This document shows positions 55,301-64,000 of a DNA stretch of 64,000 bases, in pieces (positions within the stretch are counted from its first letter, which is position 1; each line of letters opens with the position of its first letter). Made by a program: the position numbers and the translations under genes. The stretch is from assembly GCA_004764695.1 (NCBI GenBank), contig SMSO01000037.1, forward strand, positions 1,340,747 to 1,404,746. The letters run 5' to 3'. A model generated the notes under the pieces. The model was given only the letters and a program-made list of their open reading frames with translations. It was not told where the DNA came from and ran no database searches. The DNA comes from Schizochytrium sp. TIO01 (taxonomy: Eukaryota; Protista; Bigyra: Labyrinthulomycetes).

Positions 55301-56654
55301 GGTGATAAAAGCTTTTAAAAAATTAGACCTTCTGAAAGTCTGCGCAGGAGCGACTTTATTTATGAACGTTAGTTTTGCTTCTTTACTTTTTGATTTTTCT
55401 ATTGCAGTTGGTGGAGTCCAACCAGGAAGATTTGTGAAAGAAACACTTCAAGTGAAGGATACAATCAATCTAAAGGATGTGATGAACAATCACAGAACCG
55501 GAATTCGGTAGACCCAGATCTCTAGAAAGGTGCACAGAGATGTCCTTTTTCCCAAAGGAGACTTACCCTGTAAGTGCTGTCAAAATTATAAGAAGAAGCT
55601 CAAGAGGTATCTCTTGTCGCTCTTGCAGTGGCAGCAAATCAAAGCAGCTCTTCCACGTTTGATCCCAACTATAACACTAAACGACGTTTGGCACGCAAAA
55701 GTGCAATAAAAGTCTGCGCAGACCTTTGCACAAACCTCAAGCTAACTATCCGACCTCAAACTCCACCACCTTGAACTAGCTTTGCTTTGTGATTTTGCTG
55801 TTTGATCGATCTGCTGTTCTCTTTGGCTCATTCATATGCTCTTCCTCTCAATATCGTACACATACCGTGCTACCTCTCCCCATAGCTGTGGTTCTAACGT
55901 CTCCTCACAGTAGCCTTAGTGTATCTACTAGAACAAGTACTGTTCTTACCCAATAAGTTTTTCCAGAACGATGCATCATTTACGGGTACCCTTTGGTAGT
56001 ACTCGAGTATACATGTACACACCTATGCGCACCCCAAAAAGGTCCCCATGTGAGTTGTGCAGTCTGCAACAAGACGGCTGGCCCTGGAAGTCCACTTTGT
56101 TGTTTTTCCTCTTGGACTATAGTTCACTTACGATTGAGGGAGTAAGTGAAACTTAATTAATGTATTATAGAGTATTTATTAAAGCTATGATTATTTGGTT
56201 GCTCTTACTATTGAGTAGTTTCTTGATACACATTGCCGGAGAAGTAGTACCTGGCAGTAGACAAGAGCGATTAAACCCAGAGCAGTGCTCGCGTTGCTTT
56301 GCTTCTCCGCGCACCTTTTCTGCGGACTTGGTCGCTGGCCCGTGCTTGAGTTTGCCGAAATAGAGTGCTTAGTAAACCCCTGCTGCCGCGAAACCCGTCT
56401 CTGGACGCCACGCTAGCTCGAGGATCAGACTGCGCCGCGGAGGGAAATTCTCGCGAGCCTTGTAAATCGCCGTTCGTGAACGGAGGCTAGCAGAACTGTG
56501 TCCATTTGGCGATACAACTGACCATAGAGGCTATAGACCGACGTTTGGAGAAGAGTTCTTCTGCGTAGACCACCTGTGATTACAACTAGGAAAGAGTCAA
56601 AACAAGCGTGTTTAGGGACTCCTTGCTTTCTTGTTCATTTTGCCTTTTCCCACG

Positions 56655-57302
56655 ATGAACTACAACATGAGTATCAACCACCCCATGGCGCGGACCCAAG
56701 AGTTCGCGCAAATGGTTGCTAAGCTTGATGAGCTGTGGAAGTCTCAGCAACAAGAAATGGAGACTCTGGGAGCTGGGTCTAAGCAGGACTTCAAGCACCA
56801 CAATGATCTTCCTCTCGCACGTATCAAGCGCATTATGAAATCTGATGAGGACGTACGCATGATCAGTGCTGAGGCGCCAATTCTATTTGCTAAAGCGTGT
56901 GAGCTATTCATTCTTGAGCTCACCATTCGCGCGTACGCGTTTTCCGAGTTTCACAAACGTAACGGTCTCGAAAAGGTAAGTTGACTCTGGTGCCCGGCGC
57001 ACGTAATCAGAGAATATTATTGTACTCTTTCTTGTTTCTCCAAAACACGAGCATTGAAACTAACATAGACTTGAAATTGCATGGGGTGCTTCTCCAAATT
57101 CATTGTATCCTGAACGCTTTTACTTGATGAAACATAGGAGGATATTCTTCATGTGCTCGAGGCAACAGATATCTTTGATTTTCTGGCAGAGGTGATTATC
57201 AACCACCCAAAGAGCGGTGGGCCTTCTGGACCGGGGGGGTCACCTTCTCCGGGCCAGGGTGCAGGCGCATCTGGTGGTATGAAGCAGGAGCACTCAGAGT
57301 AA
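56655..57302 (+). CDS. NFYC: Nuclear transcription factor Y subunit C (HAP5); exons 56655..56975 and 57138..57302
   Basis: [39 protein letters not shown]. Removing the phase-0 GTAAGT...ATAG intron 56976..57137 joins it to [19 protein letters not shown], completing the histone-fold domain. Confidence 0.93.
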
Positions 57303-58249
57303 ATATATTCTTCTTGTAGATTAGGAGCTCGGGTTCACTTCCCAATAACAAAAATGCATATAGCTTGAGCACCTTTGTGATAGAAATGCTTCTCTAATGA
57401 TGAGCTCTTTCTGATATTTAGTACTTCTATAACCTTTCTTGCATAGATAGCCAATCTCAAACGCAGGACCAATGCTGGAGGACCTGTGCATTCCGGAATA
57501 TACGTAAACATTACGAGTAGTAGCGCTTTAAGTTGTTTAATAATGCCATTTCTTTGGAAAGGCTGTCACTACTTGATAAGATCATCATTTCGCCGCCATA
57601 TACACAATGATTAATCTCAAGGTCTAACACAACTAGCTCCTTCATGATATAATTTTTTTCAAAATAAAACAAATAATAGATAAATGAAAGTAATGAAAGT
57701 TGCTGGTTTTTGTTTTTGATTATTTACTTGCTGGATTTCAGCTCCTTACATTTCGTCAACAAATATTCTTGTTTTTTTTTTGTCAGTTAAATTATGAGAT
57801 CATTTTCATATGTCAGTGGTTGTTCTAGGAAATTTACTTTTGCATCTACTTACTGACCTCCAGACAAAACCTTCTATAGATTTACCAGGCACTAATGATT
57901 TAGAATAAACTTCACTTCAAGATTATACACATGTACGTTTTAAACATGTTGCCTGTTTTGTTTAGCTACGTCCAATCGTTTCACATTACTCATATTGTTC
58001 AGAAACGATCGGGCACACGTTTATCGAATTAGGTCTGAGCTGATGAAACAAGTAAGCATCCTATCGAAACGACAACGTCAATAATTCAGGATCACGCGCA
58101 TTTTATCATCGATTGAAGAACAAGTGGAGTTACAAATTTGAGGATCAAGTTACTTTATTCGTATTCATATACTCCTTTTTCAAATCTCATATTTGAAATG
58201 AATTTTCTTGCTTTCACCCAATGATGAACAGTTCTCACGTGTGTGTGTG

Positions 58250-59200
58250 TGTGATTGTGGGAGCTCGGAGGACAATTTCTGTTGCGTGGCAAAGTGATCA
58301 AGCTTAAGGTGGATAGCTGACATATTATATCCACCACTTCTCAAAATCTTCTGAAAACACTGCAGTGCACCAACCTCCTTGCCGAGAAAAACGGAACTCC
58401 TTTCTCCTGCTCTTCGATCCAAGTAAATGTTGTTCATGTCACTCTGGTAAGCCACTTCCATATCGTCGCAAAGTTGAGAGTCAGAACAGAAGGCCAGGAT
58501 GCGATGAAGCCGAGCTCTGCTAGCATCTTATTCACATGATTCTTTTCTTATTCTTGCCTAGCACATGACAGGACGTACAACTTGCAAAAAGCACAGACTG
58601 CCAATCTAGATTTTTCGCTTGGAAGTTCAAAGAACTGTTGCAGTACTAGAAGGAGGTAGACTAAGTAAGAGCTTTAGGGTAATATCTACTTCTATTGCCT
58701 ACTAGGCCCACATATTTGATAGTCACGGAGTCCGTATCCTCCACGACATCCTTCAGAGGTTGCTCTTGGCTTTGGGCGGTGAGAAACTCCACAGCGGCTG
58801 CGAAGACTATCATCATATCCTTGGATCTCTTCGAGCATTTCTCATTTCTCAAGGTCTTATCACGATTCACGATTCGGATCAATAATCAATCTCATCTTGT
58901 CGAGGAAGAACGGTTTACAAGCGCGAGCGCCAGCAGAGTTGAGGCCGGGTCAGCTGCTTGATCAAGGAGATCAAGAGTACTACTCCTAATGGACGGTGCG
59001 TCGATGAATTTCTGTTGACAAGTTTTCCGGTGGGTTACCACGACCGCTTCGATGAACGAGCCTTGATATTGCTAACAACGTTTCTAATGTCCGTGAATAA
59101 GTTGCAAGCAATGTTGACCTGAGTGGAAGACGAGCTACATGATAAGGGCGCCAAGGAACCATATTGGTGGTTGTCTATAATTCTTCCACTGGCTGATTGG
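58250..59200 (-). pseudogene. Decayed coding-like relic
   Basis: GC-elevated block with protein-like fragments 58661..58882 and 58180..58461; no family recognised. Confidence 0.35.
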
Positions 59201-59828
59201 GGCTACTTTCTAAAGTCCAGCAATAATTGCTTTTGGGGCGGCGTTCTTTAAGATCCCATGATTACAGACACCAGAAACAATATTTTTTTTCTACATGCAG
59301 TAGCAGCTTTTCTTACGGTAACGTAGTGTAGATTTGGGCTTCTTCTCGGCAGGCACGCTTGCTTACGGCCACTTCATCTCGTATGTCATAGTCTCTCTTC
59401 GCAATCTAAAGACGTTTCACAAGTTTTGTGCTTGCTTTTACAGCGTTCATGGTGCTCTACTTTTTTGTTGCAAAACTCGCATAGTTTTGGTCACGCGCTC
59501 ATTTCTTTAGTCTTCCTTTTAATAAAAAATGTTTCTGTCTATGATAAATAAACGAAGAATAAACAATAGAAATAGTAAATATACATACATATTCCTCCTG
59601 AGGAGTTCTCCTTACCAAGTAATCATAAACTTTAGAAAGCTTCTATAACCCCTTTTTTTTAATGTTTTTTAAACCAAGCCTTACAGCTATTTGAGATAGC
59701 CCTATCTTGCTACTACTTTGATTCGTTCGCTTTTCAGGAAAAGCCAGGACAGTAGGTTCATTTTTTTTTAAAACATTAAAACTTCGATTCGAATTTAGTA
59801 CTATGCAACAGTTAGTTTTGTTCTTTAA

Positions 59829-59868
59829 TCTCTCTCTCTCTCTCTGTAATAATAATAATAATAATAAT
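59829..59868. repeat. Compound (CT)n/(TAA)n microsatellite
   Basis: tctctctctctctctct g taataataataataataat. Confidence 0.9.
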
Positions 59869-62800
59869 ATGTACGTACTATCTATCTCAATATATATTTT
59901 ATAAGTACTATCTGCCACCCAAGCAATGAATTTCCTTCGCGCAATGAAGGTTTGTCGTGCAATACTTGATTGTAATTTTCAACTTTTAATGTTTGCGAGC
60001 CAGGCTAGCAAATTTGATTCAACGACTGACCGTGGTCAAAGCATTTTTTACCTTTGTTTTCGTCTGGTTCAAGTTAATGAAATATAAAAGGCTGCTTCCT
60101 CTCTTTTGCTTATCCCGTTCCTTTGTACTATCATTCTGTTCTGCAATTCAACAAGCCAATGGTTGCCTCGCAAATCTTCATAAACTTTAACAAAGTATAA
60201 GGCCCTGGTCTTGCTCTTTGCATATTGGTTTGCAGTCGTCCAACAACCCAATCGCTCCACAACGAGAGCTTGAACTCCACATTCGGGATGGCACTTGAAT
60301 ACTCACACCGGGACCCGGACGCAGCAAAGTTCAAGCAAATGCGCGTAGAGTCTGCAGTGGCTCTTCTCAATAGGCATGGGCACTCGATTTTATAGTAAAG
60401 TGCGCGCTTTTCAAGCGAGTCAGCGCATGCCCATTTTTTGCATCATAATTTCATGGAAAGTTTTTCAGGTACTAGTTGGGGACTGTCTGATTGCCTGAAA
60501 GCGGAAACCCCATCGAAACTCTGATGGCAGATTTCAGGGGAGCTAGCTGGACATCAGAATAAAGAGCCATAATTGAAGCCCAGGCTTCATCATCCTGCAT
60601 TGTAAGCAGCTTCCCCTGTAGCTCTCAGGAGGGAGATCACTCGGCAGTAACTAGGTACTAAGTTCTTTTTCCTAAAATGAATATGTTAGAAGAATGCATA
60701 ATGCAAGAATGCAAACACATGCATTCACGTGCCTTCCTGAAGACTGGATGAAAGAGCAGTTAACTCAGGCTTCGATTTTCACGCGACGACCGACGATCTC
60801 CTGGCTGCGATTAATCGATATCTTCAAAACTACCTCAGCCTGTTGTTCAATATATAGCAGATTCTCAAGGACTGAGTTTAAGAGGCTGGTTCGTCAAGTG
60901 CCCACACTCGCTTATTGGCTTGAAGGAGTTGTTAGGAAGAAGATTGAACATTAGGTCTGTCGAGGTGTGCGCCTGGAACTATCTACTAGCTCTCAAGGAA
61001 ATTATTAGTTCTGGAGATCATAGATCTTGATTTGAGTCATGCATGGATGATCGTTTATTGCTGGGCCAGGAGTTGCATGTCATTTCTATCAGGATTCGCA
61101 ATGACAAGAGTGCTGTTCGGTAGCCATGCATCAATTCAGGCCGCTGGGTGTTCATTTAACGTCACTCAGGAGGTACCTATTTGCTCTTTCCGCACGCAAG
61201 TGAAACCCATCCACTCGTCTGAATACTAGCCAGGCCCCGCTGCTTGCTTATCTCCTAAAGAATTGTCATCTACCTAAATTTCAGTTATTATTAAAAGAAG
61301 AAAAAATTACTAAAAGAGACAAAACCAACTACCTGTAGAAGGGAATTAGCCTTTGTTTGACAGTTTTCTCTGTAGAGCTCATTGAGTGAGGCATCGTCAT
61401 CGTCGAACAACCGCATTCATGACCCTCTTCGACGTGCAGAGTTTGAGAAAAATAGAACAATAGGAGTCCGAAGCTTATCAATATTTACAGATGTTTATAA
61501 AGCAGTTTATCATATATGAGAGTCGAATATTTAAATTATTGAGTTGTATCCTATCCTGATGGCCTGCAAGCACCACCAAGCTCAACTTTAAGTCCCAGCC
61601 AGTGAACTTTGTAAAAATCTTAAAGGAGGGACGATCTCCTATGGTCATTTTAAAGTCTTCAACACGAAGTTATAAGACATGTTTCACCATTTGGAGTTAT
61701 GAATCAATAAGCCAAATATGAAATTCTTCACGAGAATTCATCAATATAACAGAGGTTATATTCTCTCGAACTCGTCGCGTTTATATATATATTAAAAAAA
61801 CAAAAAAATCAGAACTTGCGACAGACGTTTGATTGCGGCCGTCCGTCGCAGTTCGGTAATATTGTGAGGTGTTAGATGATGGCGACCTCTGGCAATTCTC
61901 CCTTTCGCGACCTTGTTAAGATTTGATGACGATCAAGAAAAGTGAAAATCTCGTAGAGACTACTAGTAAGATTGAATTAAATGTATTTTGAGAGCCCTTG
62001 TAGTACTATGATCTTCAACTACCTATCGCACTATGTTGACATTGCCTAGGAAATGTTTCTGCAAGAATGCAAGATGCGCACCATCTTCCCTACAAGCTCG
62101 TTTATTTTTATTTAAAAATAAACTAAACAATTTTTCTTTTCTTTTTTTTAATACAGCTTGTCAGTCTTCAAATTAGAATCTCCCATAAAATTAATGTTTT
62201 CATTTTGGGAAATGCATCACATTAGGATGCTTCTTCTCAGACCTTTACGAAATCGTCAACACGAGTTGAATAAATGAATGTGCCCCATGTATGCCACTCT
62301 CCGAAATTAGGGCTTTCTCGAATTAGCATGCATTGTATGGCCGAAACAGCCCATCAATATATTTAAATGAATGGCGAACTGTGTTGCAAAGGACAAAACG
62401 TCAAAGGAATTTAGCAACGGCGCATGCGCGAACTGACTTCCCTACTTCGGACCCCCGCCATCTTCAAGTCCACAGAATAAGCTCAATTCCACTGAATCTG
62501 ACTTGAAGAGGGCTTTGAAAAGAGCCCCTCTGCTCCACCTATTCTCAGCCTCTGTATAAAGGTCTTCTCCTGAGTCAGCATGGGCCTCCACAGTCTACAC
62601 TTAAAGTGATGCTTATCACGATCCGTGATCACCATCATCGTCATGACCTCTATTACTCGCTCACACAAATTAGTTAGTTGTTCAGTCTGGTCTCACTATA
62701 GCACTTTTAGTGGCTGCAAAACTTGGGCGCACGTACGTGCATGCCTCCTCCGCCATAGTTTGCGCGCGCCCGTACCGCGTCTATAGATAACAGGTACCCT

Positions 62801-64000
62801 CGCCATGGAGCATTGCGCAATGCCAGGTGAGCATGGCCTGAGAGCATTTGCCAACAGCACTGCTATGAACCCTTCGTGGTGGAGCAACATCGCGAAGTGG
62901 CATCACGGAGAATCAGCTGCTAGCGTTTTGTTCTTGCAAATGCTTTTACTTAGTCTCAACAGCTGAGGAGCAAGGGCAACCTTCAAGTTGGCTTTTGCGC
63001 GACGGACAGTGTCATTTGTAACCAGCCGGGGTCTGTGAAAATATATAATGGCAAAACAGTATATTCCCTCAAAATTGTAGCTACAGTCATCAGGAGAATC
63101 ACAAGCCTGGCAATATTCGAAAGCTCATGAGAATCAGAGATCTGCCCATGGCCAATGCTTCTTCTTGCCACGACGCGCGGACCATCTTGACTGAGCTAGT
63201 TCTCCCAATTTAAGCACTTTCTCACTCAGACCTGAATTTCGTTTGGAATTCTTTTTCACTCAAAGTTCTTGTAGAGAGTTTGAAAATTTTATATCAATTA
63301 TAAATACCTACCCCTGGTACATACAAATGCTTAAATAATCGTTTTATTTACGTATCTTAAACAAAAACAATTATTATATTTTAAATTAAATTTTTTTATT
63401 CAAATCAATGGTGCATGAAGTTAAAGTTGTGGGCATCTGATGGTGGCAATAATTTGGTGGTAAAACTTTTACATACGACTTGCGTTTCTGGAGTCCCCAA
63501 GGATAACGCTTTGTTTCTCAACTTCTATTAGTTGCCACTGTGTCCCAATTTGTTAACAGCATGCCTCTCAGTTTTACAAAACTACAATATGCAAGGTTGT
63601 GGGAATGCATTCCTAAAACCTAGTGAATGTGCATCCTTTAGATCATTTTGGGGTACCCAAATATTTCTCTCGTCTATATATCGAGAAGTGTCTCCTAGAA
63701 TTCTGAGAAAGGCCCGCAACTCACTAGTTGAAGATAGAAGAAATGTGAGTGTTGCAATAATGAGCGCAAACAACAGATGATCATTGGAACCACCATCCCC
63801 GTTTTCCCTCGGATTTCTTCATCTACTGGCACTTCAAGCATGAGCAATATTCGTGTTTATTTGTTTATTAGAAATTGAAATCTAAAACTGTAAGGGGATA
63901 ATGATTTAGGAACTACTTTTTAGTCTGAAACCAATAATCTTTAAAACCTTTGTTTTTTCAGAATAAAGCCCAAAGTTCATTATTATACATACATATATAA

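Noticed and set aside
56631-56984. Single-exon 117-aa NF-YC as given in the ORF track
   Set aside because: It reads into an intron; splicing 56976..57137 restores the conserved C-terminal helix.
1-64000. tRNA, rRNA, CRISPR array, telomeric repeats, viral hallmark genes
   Set aside because: No cloverleaf/T-loop, rRNA signature, repeat-spacer array or capsid/polymerase motif recognised by eye.

Overview
Eukaryotic, intron-poor protist DNA. Gene content and style suggest a stramenopile, probably a labyrinthulomycete/thraustochytrid; this is inference only. About 13 protein-coding genes are recognisable: two paralogues of an uncharacterised Cys/His-motif family that looks like a transcription factor (one with a +1 frameshift), an MpaB/Lcp-type (DUF2236) haem oxygenase, a divergent UBA5-like E1 apparently lacking its catalytic Cys, WDR3/Utp12, a BTB-ankyrin-FYVE protein, a WW-myosin-MyTH4, a Ric-8-like protein, an OSCA/TMEM63 channel, a TPR-Aha1N co-chaperone, a two-exon NF-YC and two orphans. 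Long gene-free stretches (1.3-18.7 kb, 37.5-42 kb, 57.3-64 kb) contain decayed coding relics, including a ~4.3 kb LRR pseudogene with an internal ~0.92 kb-period duplication. No rRNA, tRNA, CRISPR or intact mobile element was seen. All assignments are by eye from motifs; no searches were run.
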